64,000 bases of DNA from TPA_inf: Saccharomyces (Eukaryota). Positions 22,205 through 33,771 of the stretch are shown one piece after another (the first letter of the stretch is position 1; each line of letters opens with the position of its first letter). Where the stretch lies: positions 768,001-832,000 of the forward strand of contig BK006946.2 in the NCBI GenBank assembly GCA_000146045.2, in the 5' to 3' direction. The notes beneath the pieces were generated by a model. It did no database searches. It was given only the letters and a program-made list of their open reading frames with translations, and was not told the DNA's origin. The position numbers and the translations under genes were made by a program.

Positions 22205-25200
22205 TTAGGCGGCTGTCAAGTCATGAAGGATGGTAAAAAGTTCATTGACACCATTGATATGTTCCTTGGCATAAGTGGATCTTGAGCTACCGTAAAGAAT
22301 GGTGTAACCAAATTTTAGATTGTTCTTTTCAACCTCTTGCTTCACTAATTTAAATAATGGTTCAATAATAGGTGATGTCGAACCGGAAACGCAAACGAAA
22401 TCTACCTGGTTTTGGAAATGCTTCTTATTATTACCGACGGACATCGAAGAGGATGTTCTTGATAGAGATATTCTGCTATTGTCAGTAGGACTGACGCCAC
22501 TGTTGTAAAATTTCATCAAAAACTCAGCGGCGGCTAAGGCTAGCCCCGTTTGTTGAACGAAGACAATATCCTTATGCACATAAGCGTGAATATCCCTGTC
22601 ATCAAATAAGGTGTTTATGTGCGTAATGGCTTCCCCAATAACAGTTGGGACTCGATCTTGATCATCAGCGTTTTCTGTATGGAATCTGATCATAGAATCA
22701 GCGATTTTGTAGTATGAACCAGGTAACCTCTCGACTTTCTCGTCAAAGATCTTTGCCACCTCTTTCATCCAATCAAGCTCTTCCACGATGTTGTACCACG
22801 ACCCATTAACTCTTACGTAGGCACCATTCTCCGCTATCAATCCGATGTTTAGAACACCATTGTATAAGCTTTCGAATGTATTCTTTGTAAATGAACTCAA
22901 AACGTAAACTATATTATTTGAACTCAATTCACTTAGCAAGGATAGCATTCTGGACGTTGGAGGTTCTGAAATCTTGAAGATAAATAAATGCTTTTTGGAG
23001 GCTTTGTAATCAGCACAGAATTTTTCTGGAGCCAAATTGAAAACAGTAGACGTTTCTTGGTTGGACTCCCAAGCATTATTTATGTATTCGAAGCACTTTG
23101 TAATCCAATTATCCGAATCATGTTCAATAACAGATTTGAATAATTTTTTCCACCTACGCCTTTTTTCTTCTGGAGACATTTCTAAACTTCTCTTGATACT
23201 TTGTGCTACATGATTTATATCCCATGGGTTTATTAAGATGGCACCTTCCTTTAGGACAGAAGAACTACCAGTGAATTCAGATAATAATAGAGGCGCATTT
23301 TTTTCGAATGAACTGACAATGAACTCATGACATGTTAAATTCATACCTTCTCTCAGCGCATCCACAAGGAAAACGTCAGCTTCACAATTCAATGCCAAAT
23401 ATTGAGCAAAATCTAAATCTTGATGCAAAAAGACCACTGGTTGAGAGATACTGATGTTCGAAGACAAAGAATTGATTCTATCAACGACAACCATAATTTG
23501 ACGTTCGTACTCAGGATCGGAACTCTTACCGATGCAGATTTGGATCAAAACAACTTTTTCGATGTATTCAGGGTTTTCTATCAAAAACCTCTCGTAGGCT
23601 AACATTTTTTTCTGAAGACCTCTAATTCTGTCAAATTGATCGCGACAAACAATCAGTTTTTTATTACGCCATCTTTCTTTAATTAATTGGCGCCATTCAA
23701 GTACAGAACCATTTCTCAACTGCGATGTCAAATGGTAATAATCAATACCAATTGGCGCATACATCACGGAAACAATATTGCAATGGTATTTGACTTCATC
23801 ATTAGAGACATCCGCAGCAAGCAATCTGTTACAAGTTTGTAGGAAATGTCTTTTGTATTCTTTAGTTTGAAACCCAACAAAGTTTGCACCAATAATACCT
23901 TCAAGAATCCTTTCTCTGTTAGCAAGGCATCTGAAGACCTCACTACTTGGAAATGATACGTGTAAGAAAAATCCAATCTTAGCTTTAGGCAGTTTCTCTC
24001 TCACCATTTGTGGGACAAGCATCAAATGATAATCATGGATCCAAATTGTGTCGCCAGGTTTGTAAACGGAAACTATCCTATCAGAAAACTTTTGATTCAC
24101 TTTTTGATAGTAGTCCCAAGAATGGTCTTCAAAAGCCTTTGAATTTGGATTATCTGGAATTTGATAATGTAGAGTGGGCCATAAAATCTGTTTGGCGTAG
24201 TTCTTATAAGCACCCTTAAAAGTAATATCGTCCGTGACCACTGGAAAAGAAGAAAAATCCTGTTCTAATTTCTTTGAAATCTTATGGCAAACTTCGTGAG
24301 GAAGTTCGTCAGTAGGGATTCCCATTGTACCTACCCAGGAAACAGGTTCTTTCACTGTCTTTTCAGCAACTGCAATATTAACTGCATTTTTCAAGGATCC
24401 GTTCCCTTTGTCACTGTCGACTATTGTCCATGGCAAATGTTTGAATAGCTCATACGAGTTTCTCATTAGAGATGCTCTTAACTTTGCGTTATTGGAATAG
24501 CCACCAAATTTTGGGACGTTGTATTTCTTAGTAGCATCGGTCTCCAAATCAGAATCAATGTCATCCTCACTATCAGTGTCTTCGATAAAGTTATCCTGAA
24601 ATTGCTGTGAGTACCTGAGATTAGAACTCGAAGAAGCAATGGAAGAGTCTCCAGCGGTGCTTCCGGAAACTCTTTTCATGGAAGGCAAGGAGGCTTGCTG
24701 TTGAAACTCTTCTCTAACTTTTGCGACATCTACAACAGCAGGATCGACATCTGGAACGCTTTTAGAGACGGGAGTGATTACAGCACTCTTGGATGAGCTT
24801 CTGACCCTGGGTGGATGTGAATCAAATGACAAATTGGGATTTTTCATAAGGCTGGAGCTCAAATCGTTGTGGTGAGCCGATGAACGACTAGCAGAAATAG
24901 ACGAAGCAGAAGCTTCCTGGGAGGGAGAACAGACTCTAGCAGACGGAGCAGAAAAGAATTCCTCGACTGAAGGCCGCTGGGCAGTTGAGCCAGAAGAAAC
25001 TGGGTTATTAGCTGGCGGAATACCAGAGTTTGCTGCATGAGTGGCATTGGCAGTCAGCTCTTCCAGGAATTGCTCTGAGGAAAGCATTTCCATCTCATTA
25101 TGATAGTTAACTCCCGTAGCAGGAGAGCCCACATTGGCCCTTTGTAAGGGTTCACCGTTAATTTGCGCCTCCTGAGGTAAGCCAATATAATGAGAGCTTG

Positions 25201-25369
25201 CCGAAGTTACAGAACTGCTTCTTTCTTGCTTGTTGTTGCTCAATTCCTGGTTGTTGCAGTCTACCTTGATCATACTTGATTCAACCAGCTTAGCAGTATC
25301 CGAGTTGGTGACATCAGCCTCGAATTGAGGGGTATATGGTAAGAATAAAGAAGCGACGATAATAGTCAT
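22205..25369 (-). CDS. TPS3: Regulatory subunit of the trehalose-6-phosphate synthase/phosphatase complex, 1054 aa
   Basis: Ser-rich N-terminal region followed by glycosyltransferase-20 (TPS-like) and TPP-like domains. Length matches YMR261C. Confidence 0.92.
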   Translation of the reverse strand: MTIIVASLFLPYTPQFEADVTNSDTAKLVESSMIKVDCNNQELSNNKQERSSSVTSASSHYIGLPQEAQINGEPLQRANVGSPATGVNYHNEMEMLSSEQFLEELTANATHAANSGIPPANNPVSSGSTAQRPSVEEFFSAPSARVCSPSQEASASSISASRSSAHHNDLSSSLMKNPNLSFDSHPPRVRSSSKSAVITPVSKSVPDVDPAVVDVAKVREEFQQQASLPSMKRVSGSTAGDSSIASSSSNLRYSQQFQDNFIEDTDSEDDIDSDLETDATKKYNVPKFGGYSNNAKLRASLMRNSYELFKHLPWTIVDSDKGNGSLKNAVNIAVAEKTVKEPVSWVGTMGIPTDELPHEVCHKISKKLEQDFSSFPVVTDDITFKGAYKNYAKQILWPTLHYQIPDNPNSKAFEDHSWDYYQKVNQKFSDRIVSVYKPGDTIWIHDYHLMLVPQMVREKLPKAKIGFFLHVSFPSSEVFRCLANRERILEGIIGANFVGFQTKEYKRHFLQTCNRLLAADVSNDEVKYHCNIVSVMYAPIGIDYYHLTSQLRNGSVLEWRQLIKERWRNKKLIVCRDQFDRIRGLQKKMLAYERFLIENPEYIEKVVLIQICIGKSSDPEYERQIMVVVDRINSLSSNISISQPVVFLHQDLDFAQYLALNCEADVFLVDALREGMNLTCHEFIVSSFEKNAPLLLSEFTGSSSVLKEGAILINPWDINHVAQSIKRSLEMSPEEKRRRWKKLFKSVIEHDSDNWITKCFEYINNAWESNQETSTVFNLAPEKFCADYKASKKHLFIFKISEPPTSRMLSLLSELSSNNIVYVLSSFTKNTFESLYNGVLNIGLIAENGAYVRVNGSWYNIVEELDWMKEVAKIFDEKVERLPGSYYKIADSMIRFHTENADDQDRVPTVIGEAITHINTLFDDRDIHAYVHKDIVFVQQTGLALAAAEFLMKFYNSGVSPTDNSRISLSRTSSSMSVGNNKKHFQNQVDFVCVSGSTSPIIEPLFKLVKQEVEKNNLKFGYTILYGSSRSTYAKEHINGVNELFTILHDLTAA

Positions 25370-25581
25370 TGAGGTTGCCCGTGGTTATTAGTCTGTGGTT
25401 TTTTGAATAGGAAGCAATAAATTATAAAGCCAGGACCTGCAATAACGTTTGTACTGTTTTATTGTGATAAAAGATGAAGCGGAATAGCAACGGTACTTAA
25501 AACTTATGTCTTAGACTTAATACTATTGAATGTTTGCTCGTCCACTTGATGCTCCCTGGAGTTGCCGTTGCTGCGTGCTGA

Positions 25582-25604
25582 AGGGGATTAATTAATTCCA
25601 GGGG
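25582..25604. promoter_or_regulatory. Two STRE (AGGGG) elements in the TPS3 / YMR262W divergent promoter
   Basis: AGGGG at 25582-25586 and 25600-25604 within the 355-bp intergenic region. Trehalose-pathway genes are classic Msn2/4 (STRE) targets. Confidence 0.5.
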
Positions 25605-25725
25605 CACCGCGCGAAGCCCAGGAGGACAATTGATTACGTAGGGAAGAAAGGGCCCTTTTAGAAGACTGGCAATTGCAACTCTATCGAGGTTAGGTGTTAC
25701 ACTACGCTGTTCATTGAGGAAGTAG

Positions 25726-26667
25726 ATGAATAAACTTGTTGATGCCCACTGTCATGTTATAACCGACCCAGACAACACATTCTGCGGTGATGATGGAGGG
25801 TCCCAGGGTACGTTGCGTTGCGTTATGTCATCAAACCCATATGACTGGAACAATTTGAAAAAATTGGCTGGCAGAAGCACAAGTAAAAACGATATATGCG
25901 TGGGATTTGGTGTGCATCCTTGGTACAGCCACTTATTTTATGTGGGAAGTCGGCGCGACAAGGTTTCTCACTATCAAGATGTACTGGAGTATAAGAATGA
26001 AGAACAGTTCGACAGTTTGGTTCAGGTGCTTCCCGAACCTCTAGATCTTGAAGAGTATATAAAAAGAGAGTTTAACGACACTTTGGTTAGTGTGATTGGA
26101 GAAATCGGTCTTGATAAGCTCTTCAGACTTCCTGCAAATGGTTTCTACATGCAGAACGAGAAGGCAAGGCTTACGACAGTGAAGGTCAAACTATCGCATC
26201 AAGAAACAGTATTCAGGCGATTTTGCCGACTGGCAAGGCACACAAGCAAGCCCATCTCTATACACGATGTAAAGTGCCACGGGAAACTAAACGATATCTG
26301 CAATGAAGAGCTCTTGACGTATCACTCTGTCAAGATATGTTTACATTCGTACACAGGCTCCAAGGAAACGCTTCTGGGCCAATGGCTCAAGAAGTTTCCC
26401 CCGGATCGTATTTTTGTGAGCCTATCCAAATGGATTAATTTTAAGGACCCAGAAGAGGGAGATGCCCTGGTCAGGAGCTTGCCCTCAACTTGCATACTTA
26501 CTGAAACCGACTATCCTATTGACAATCCAGATCCGTCATACCAAAAGGCCCTTACAGAGCAGCTGCAGTATTTGAATGCACAAATCGCACGAGCATGGGA
26601 CGAGACACTGGATGCCTCACAAGCCGCTTTGCGTGTATACGAAAACTTTCAGAAATTTATCAAGTGA
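25726..26667 (+). CDS. TatD-family metal-dependent hydrolase/DNase homolog, 313 aa (YMR262W)
   Basis: N-terminal HxH motif (DAHCHV) typical of TatD amidohydrolase-fold proteins. Length matches YMR262W. Confidence 0.85.
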   Translation: MNKLVDAHCHVITDPDNTFCGDDGGSQGTLRCVMSSNPYDWNNLKKLAGRSTSKNDICVGFGVHPWYSHLFYVGSRRDKVSHYQDVLEYKNEEQFDSLVQVLPEPLDLEEYIKREFNDTLVSVIGEIGLDKLFRLPANGFYMQNEKARLTTVKVKLSHQETVFRRFCRLARHTSKPISIHDVKCHGKLNDICNEELLTYHSVKICLHSYTGSKETLLGQWLKKFPPDRIFVSLSKWINFKDPEEGDALVRSLPSTCILTETDYPIDNPDPSYQKALTEQLQYLNAQIARAWDETLDASQAALRVYENFQKFIK

Positions 26668-26918
26668 AACGCTTTTGAGGTGGCAGCATAGCACTGTAAT
26701 GAGATATATTAAGTAGGCTTGCTGTATACCATTTCTTGCTATGCATGTGTTTTAGCAAGGCAACGCCGTTCCGGAAGGGAAAAAGCGCTCTTTTTTATAT
26801 ACTGTGAAATTTTCAGATTTTAACTTAGAAATTATATAAAAGCGGTTGTGTATCTATTGTGATAATGCAATTCCTTTATAGTTTAGCAAATCGAAGGATA
26901 GGTATATACTGAGTAGTA

Positions 26919-27524
26919 ATGGCTAGGCCAGTTAATACAAACGCTGAAACGGAATCGAGAGGCAGACCCACTCAGGGTGGTGGTTACGCAAGTAACAACA
27001 ATGGCAGCTGTAACAACAACAATGGCAGCAATAATAACAATAATAACAATAATAATAATAATAATAACAGCAATAACAGCAATAACAATAACGGGCCTAC
27101 CTCCAGCGGGAGAACCAATGGGAAGCAAAGACTCACAGCTGCACAACAGCAGTACATTAAGAATCTCATAGAGACACATATCACCGACAACCACCCTGAT
27201 CTGCGCCCCAAGAGTCACCCAATGGATTTCGAAGAGTATACGGATGCGTTCCTGAGAAGGTATAAAGACCACTTTCAATTGGACGTACCGGACAACCTGA
27301 CGCTGCAGGGATACTTATTGGGTTCCAAATTGGGCGCGAAGACTTATTCATACAAGAGGAACACACAGGGGCAGCACGATAAAAGGATACATAAGAGAGA
27401 CCTGGCCAACGTGGTGAGAAGGCATTTCGATGAGCATTCCATTAAAGAGACAGATTGCATACCGCAATTTATATACAAGGTAAAAAACCAGAAGAAGAAA
27501 TTCAAGATGGAATTTCGGGGTTGA
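26919..27524 (+). CDS. SAP30: Rpd3L histone deacetylase complex subunit, 201 aa
   Basis: MARPVNTNAETESRGRPTQ..., followed by a long poly-Asn tract and a C-terminal SAP30 region. It matches YMR263W. Confidence 0.92.
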   Translation: MARPVNTNAETESRGRPTQGGGYASNNNGSCNNNNGSNNNNNNNNNNNNNSNNSNNNNGPTSSGRTNGKQRLTAAQQQYIKNLIETHITDNHPDLRPKSHPMDFEEYTDAFLRRYKDHFQLDVPDNLTLQGYLLGSKLGAKTYSYKRNTQGQHDKRIHKRDLANVVRRHFDEHSIKETDCIPQFIYKVKNQKKKFKMEFRG

Positions 27525-27762
27525 TCAAACGATGAGGCAGCCCTTTTGTGTATAAGTTATGTAAACTTTTAAGGTGGTAATTGTTAAAATGGACAGTAAC
27601 ACTTGTTTATTTGCTAGTATTCCATTTAGTTTAATGCCTTTTTGTATACGGTGCGGGTAGCTGTCGCGCCATTTTAAACGATCTAATATAACTGAGGTGG
27701 GCCTGTCATTGATGCATTGAATAGACAACTCATCAACCTATTTCTTATAAAAGGCGCCATAA

Positions 27763-28416
<654 letters not shown>

Positions 28417-28539
28417 ACGCTTAAGTGCTTGTCGGGAACACGCAAGTGTGCCCATAATGCGCATAAGTATATCTTTGTGTTTACTTATTTAAAATGACTA
28501 AATAAATAACCCAAAAAAAGGAAGAAAAAAATGTAATTA

Positions 28540-29925
28540 TTAAGCATTGGAACACGGTATTGCTGCCAACTTGGCAAATCGCCCGAAAAATGCCTTTATT
28601 GGTATTGTATTGTCTAACGGAACCCAGTGAATATCTTCCTTGCAGTTTATTAGACGCTCTGTTACCACTTCTAAATCTTCAATTCGGTCTCTTTTGTAAA
28701 AATGACCAGTGACTATATATTCTGGAAAGAGAGTGAAAGTGTATCTGTTTGGTTCGGGTGTGGCTTTGAAATAAACCTCCAATGGCTTTCTTCTGTTGTG
28801 GTGGGCCGACGCGATGACGGCAAGGTCTGTGACTTGGAAGTGTACGATGCACTTCCCAGGCTGTTCCAGATAAAAAATTTGTGAAATATGCTGTACTTTC
28901 TTCTCAGAATCAAACGTGCGAGTGTCATTGTTTGACCATACCTTAGCGATTTCAAGTGCAGGGATATCTTTACCGGGTTCTGCGCACGGTATATACAAGG
29001 GATGTTCATACAGCTTGGGTCTGAACGTTCTTCTCCCCTTACGCCGCTTTAAGTACTTGATGACCTCTATTGATAATAGACGATGAGATGCCGTGCAAAG
29101 GATATAACCAATTTGTCTTGGAGTCCGTCTTAAATCAAACTTTTGTGAAGTGCTGAGAGCTTGGCTATTGTTCTTTCGTACCATGTCCATCACCATTTCA
29201 AGTTCCTGCTCTCTTGGCAGCGATTTGGTGAATGGTCGTACGGGGATCGCAGACCATTTCAGACGTGGTAGATCCAAAGAATGGAAGAAAGACTTGAATG
29301 CATCTATTTGGTGTATTCTATCATCATATATGGACAACTCCCGCAGAGAGGGATAATATTCTAAGAAATCCCGCATCAACTCTTTTTTATATTTGCTAGT
29401 GTACTCAGAAATTGCTCTTTTTTTTAGGCAAACTGCATTGAACCTAAACTCATTTTCTGAGCATTTCCAATGGCTCCTTGCCGTCTGTAAAGCATGCTCA
29501 ATCAACTTATGGAACTTACTTTCCTCTCTGCCCGTTAAAACGATCGAGATAGTATCCTTGGCAGAATATGACTCCTCCGCCAATTTAACGATATCCGCAT
29601 TCCACGAATACCTTCTCGGTTTAGTCTTCGAGATCTCAATAGCAGCCTGCAGAAACCCCGGCTCATTCCACCAGCCTCCATTCGGTAGCGTGCTCGATGT
29701 CAACAAATTTAGTAGCTCACGTGTATACAATTGCTCTGTAGGACCCGGCGTTGCAAATAATGTATTGTCGAAGTCGTATATGTGCAATTTCGTAATCGCA
29801 TGCTCAGGAACCTCAAAGGGCACGGCCAACTCGCAAGCGCAACTATTCCATTTTCTGAGCACACGGTGATTGCCACATCTGCTGGACATCTCCCCTTTCC
29901 TTCGAAATTCTTCAAATTCTTCCAT
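28540..29925 (-). CDS. Protein of unknown function, 461 aa (YMR265C)
   Basis: The ORF starts MEEFEEFRRKGEMSSR at the first ATG, 29925. Length matches YMR265C. I recognise no characterised domain. Confidence 0.8.
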   Translation of the reverse strand: MEEFEEFRRKGEMSSRCGNHRVLRKWNSCACELAVPFEVPEHAITKLHIYDFDNTLFATPGPTEQLYTRELLNLLTSSTLPNGGWWNEPGFLQAAIEISKTKPRRYSWNADIVKLAEESYSAKDTISIVLTGREESKFHKLIEHALQTARSHWKCSENEFRFNAVCLKKRAISEYTSKYKKELMRDFLEYYPSLRELSIYDDRIHQIDAFKSFFHSLDLPRLKWSAIPVRPFTKSLPREQELEMVMDMVRKNNSQALSTSQKFDLRRTPRQIGYILCTASHRLLSIEVIKYLKRRKGRRTFRPKLYEHPLYIPCAEPGKDIPALEIAKVWSNNDTRTFDSEKKVQHISQIFYLEQPGKCIVHFQVTDLAVIASAHHNRRKPLEVYFKATPEPNRYTFTLFPEYIVTGHFYKRDRIEDLEVVTERLINCKEDIHWVPLDNTIPIKAFFGRFAKLAAIPCSNA

Positions 29926-30517
29926 TATACTCGTTTGGGTTATGCAGACAAACAGCACATATGATAATTCATTTTTTTTCTTCCATTATACGCTATAGTA
30001 ATGTAAGACCTGATCTACGGGTTCGTTTCTTCTATTTCCGTTACCCGCCGTGCACCACAGCATCGCTGCGGTTCCGTCTGCGTGAGTCGTTCTGCGCGAA
30101 TCACTTCCCGCAGCTGACATCACAGGGGCGGCCTTTCCTGGCTACGATTTTTTAGCGGGAAAGGCACACCCTTTCTTCTCCTTTCGGGTATAAAGTTTCT
30201 TCTGTGTGGATTCTGTGGGCCAGCTTCGGTTTTGAAGTTGGAAAAAAATTCTTCATCTTTGTTTTTTTATCGTGGAAAAGGAAGAAAATACTTGATAACC
30301 AACAGCAAAGCCGCATGGCTTGGCACTCGATCTTGATGTTGTCCCGTGCCTGGTTGTATAATATTATTATTAATGGCCATTTCGTAATCAAATTTCGGTT
30401 TGTTGTTTTTTTCTATTTCTTTTTCATCTTATATATATTAATTCGTTTGCCTTTTCCGTTTCTTTTTGTTTTAGTAATCATAAGTTTACGGCTTAGCAGC
30501 AAGGGCAAAGGGACAAA

Positions 30518-33379
30518 ATGAATAGTACTAATAGTACTAATAGTACTACAACAGCTACCAGTACAAACACGTCAACTCAACAAGTCGTTACTTCTTTGGT
30601 AAGTAATGGTACTATTTTTGGTGTTTTTGTCATAGCGTTCTTGATTTTGCGTATAAAACTAAAAAGGATTTATGAGCCCAAATCCTCATTCAATCTGATT
30701 AATGAAGAAAAAAAGCCAGAACCGCTACCGCAGGGCGTCTGGCAATGGCTGAAGCCGTTATTGAAAAAATCAGACAATTTTGTCATTCAACAAGCCGGTC
30801 TGGATGGATATTTCTTTTTGAGGTACCTTTTCATCATTGCAATTTACTGTGCTGTTTCCATGAGTTATATATTCCCTATTTTGTTGTCCATTAACGCCAG
30901 TAACGGTAACCATGAAAGCGGATTGAATCAATTGGCCTATCAGAACGTCAAGCACCGTGGTAGATATTTTGCACATGTTTTCTGTGGATGGATTTTCTTT
31001 TGGGGGTTCCTTTACATTATTTACAGAGAATTGTATTTTTACACCTCTATGAAGCAAGCTGTACTAGCGTCCCCTCGTTATGCTAAAAAACTATCCTCGA
31101 GAACCGTGTTATTCCAGACTGTCCCTAAGCAATACTTAAGTGAAGAAGAGTTTTCTAAGTTGTTTGATGGTGTGAAAAGAGTCTGGATCGCAAGAGGTTC
31201 CGGTTCAATTGAAGCAATGGTCAAAGCAAGGGACAATATGGCCATACAATTGGAAGGTGCTGAAACAAAATACCTGAAAGCAGCATTGAAAAAAATTAAG
31301 AAGTTAAACAAAAAAAGTCCGCAATTATCTGTCTCTGATAATATTGCTGAATATGTCCCTGACAAGAAAAGACCACATCATAAAATTAACAAGGTTGCTA
31401 AATTCTTTTTTGGTAAAAAAGTTGACACCATATCCTACATTAAGGAGGAGTTGCCCAAGTTAAACCAAAAGGTGAAGGCATTACAAGAAGATCATGAAAA
31501 TTCATCCCCTTTCAACTCCGTTTTTGTGGAGTTTGAATCCCAATATCAGGCCCAAGTTGCCGCTCAGATCACCACATACCATGCTCCTCTTTTCATGACG
31601 CCTGTGTATATTGGTATTGAGCCATCCGATGTCGTTTGGTTTAATTTGAGGATGTTCTGGTGGGAAAGATTAGGTAGGGAAGTCAGTGCGGTTTCAGCAA
31701 TTGTCGCGCTAGTAATATTATGGGCTTTCCCAGTGGCTTTTGTTGGTATGATCTCTAATATTACTTCCTTGACTAATGAAGTTAAATGGTTAAAGTTCAT
31801 CTATAAATTACCAAAACAACTATTAGGTTTACTGACATCTCTGGCCCCAACTGTGGCATTGGCCGTTTTAATGAGTTTCTTGCCGAAATTTATTAGGGGT
31901 ATGGCTATCACTCAAGGTGCTCCATCTAAGCAAAATGTGGAATATTTCACTCAACAAGCTTATTTCGCCTTTCAAGTTATCCAAGTCTTTTTAGTTACCA
32001 CTCTATCCTCCGCCGCCACTTCCACAGTAACGGAAATTGTTAAAGAGCCCACGAAGGCTATGGATCTACTGGCTTCTAATCTGCCAAAAGCTTCTAATTT
32101 TTTCATGTCATACGTTATTCTACAAGGTCTGTCCATTTCATCAGGTGCTCTTTTGCAAATTGTTCCACTAATACTCTTTTATGTTTTAGGTGCCTTTTTA
32201 GATGGTACCGTTAGGAAGAAATGGAATCGTTTTTGTGGGCTATCCAGTATGCAGTGGGGGACAGCTTTTCCAGTTTATACAAACTTGGCAGTTATTACTT
32301 TCTCCTACTCCATCATTTCTCCGTTGATTTTATTATTTGCTGCCGTCGCGTTTTTCCTATTGTATATTGCATATTTATACAATTTGACTTATGTCTATCA
32401 GGAATCACCCGACGCAAGGGGTATTTATTATCCAAGAGCTCTTTTCCAAACTATAGTTGGTATCTACATCGGTCAGATATGTCTATTAGGTCTTTTTGCC
32501 GTTGGTAAAGGTTGGGGCCCAATCGTTTTACAGGTAATTGGAATTTGTGTTACCGTCCTTATTCATTTACATTTGAGCGCTGCATTTGATCATTTATCAA
32601 AGGTTATACCCGTTGATACCATGAAACCGTTAGATGGTGTATCAGATACACCTTCTTTCAAAAATATTTATAAAGGCATAGAAAGTACAAAGGTGAAGAA
32701 AAATACTTTTGGTGCAAATATTGACATGGACGGAATCAAAGAATTACCTGAATTTCCAATAAAGAAATATCACAAGAGGAGTGAATCAGTCACTGAGCAA
32801 CAAGTTGAAAATAGCATATTTAGTGAAAATACATTCGAATATCAATTCAACCCAGCAAATGAAGCCAATGCAGATGGGCACGCTATAAATGCAGAAAATT
32901 TAATTGAGGACGTGCCATTATTAGCAGATGGTGATACAATGAAAATTCCTCCGGCTCCATGGTGGAAGAGATTCTTAAAACCTCACATTTACTACTCCTA
33001 TAAGGCTGTAAAGAGCAGACTGCCAGAAATATATGGTTTGGTTGATCCTGATGAAAGAGTCAATGATTTCGATATCTCTCATGCTTACGATTATCCAGCT
33101 GTTAGTGCACAATGCCCCGAATTGTGGATTCCTCGCGATCCTTTTGGATTTTCCAAATTGTTGATTTCAGACGTTTCTGGCGTTGTTGAAATGAACGATG
33201 AAAATGCTACCATCGATGAGAATTTGAAATTTACTCTGCGTGACGTACCACCACCATATAATGATGTTAAAGACGAAGCAAATGGTGAAGCAAATGGCGA
33301 ATTTGACACAGCTAGTAAGGAAAATAATCCATTTGCGGACCCAAAGTATAAGGAAGAAGAGAGTCGTTCGGCAGTCTAA
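30518..33379 (+). CDS. RSN1: OSCA/TMEM63-family (DUF221) multi-pass membrane channel protein, 953 aa
   Basis: N-terminal MNSTNSTNSTTTATS, about 11 transmembrane segments and a long cytosolic loop. It matches YMR266W. Confidence 0.9.
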   Translation: MNSTNSTNSTTTATSTNTSTQQVVTSLVSNGTIFGVFVIAFLILRIKLKRIYEPKSSFNLINEEKKPEPLPQGVWQWLKPLLKKSDNFVIQQAGLDGYFFLRYLFIIAIYCAVSMSYIFPILLSINASNGNHESGLNQLAYQNVKHRGRYFAHVFCGWIFFWGFLYIIYRELYFYTSMKQAVLASPRYAKKLSSRTVLFQTVPKQYLSEEEFSKLFDGVKRVWIARGSGSIEAMVKARDNMAIQLEGAETKYLKAALKKIKKLNKKSPQLSVSDNIAEYVPDKKRPHHKINKVAKFFFGKKVDTISYIKEELPKLNQKVKALQEDHENSSPFNSVFVEFESQYQAQVAAQITTYHAPLFMTPVYIGIEPSDVVWFNLRMFWWERLGREVSAVSAIVALVILWAFPVAFVGMISNITSLTNEVKWLKFIYKLPKQLLGLLTSLAPTVALAVLMSFLPKFIRGMAITQGAPSKQNVEYFTQQAYFAFQVIQVFLVTTLSSAATSTVTEIVKEPTKAMDLLASNLPKASNFFMSYVILQGLSISSGALLQIVPLILFYVLGAFLDGTVRKKWNRFCGLSSMQWGTAFPVYTNLAVITFSYSIISPLILLFAAVAFFLLYIAYLYNLTYVYQESPDARGIYYPRALFQTIVGIYIGQICLLGLFAVGKGWGPIVLQVIGICVTVLIHLHLSAAFDHLSKVIPVDTMKPLDGVSDTPSFKNIYKGIESTKVKKNTFGANIDMDGIKELPEFPIKKYHKRSESVTEQQVENSIFSENTFEYQFNPANEANADGHAINAENLIEDVPLLADGDTMKIPPAPWWKRFLKPHIYYSYKAVKSRLPEIYGLVDPDERVNDFDISHAYDYPAVSAQCPELWIPRDPFGFSKLLISDVSGVVEMNDENATIDENLKFTLRDVPPPYNDVKDEANGEANGEFDTASKENNPFADPKYKEEESRSAV

Positions 33380-33771
33380 AGGTTAAACATTATCAGAAAT
33401 TATCTATTCCTATTTGTTTAGCTGTTATCCTCTGATGGTTGAATTGTAATTTTACTAAGAAAAGGAGAGGAAAAGGACGTGCATATATTCTTTTAATACA
33501 TTTAAAATATGATTCTAATCATTTCTTATATAATAGTGTATAGTCTAATCATTCATCGTGTATAGTAACCCTTTTTGTTTTTTTTTATGCAAAGTTTTTT
33601 TGTTTTTGGCAATCTATGAGGTTTGAATATTGGATAAAAGGAACTCCGCACAGTAATACGGAGCAGTCAGCTAATTTAACCAGCACTAATAGGGAGTACA
33701 TTCAATTGGAAACTTTGATTCGCTTGTATGCGTGAAAAGCAAATTCCCTTCTAGAGAAGTTACTGAAAAAC

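Noticed and set aside
26883-27278. Antisense ORFs full of poly-Ile/Val and poly-Leu opposite the SAP30 poly-Asn tract (26883-27278 minus, 26984-27211 minus, 26977-27171 plus)
   Set aside because: These are frame-shifted or reverse-complement readings of the (AAT/AAC)n microsatellite. They are low-complexity with no start context, and are artefacts of repeat sequence.
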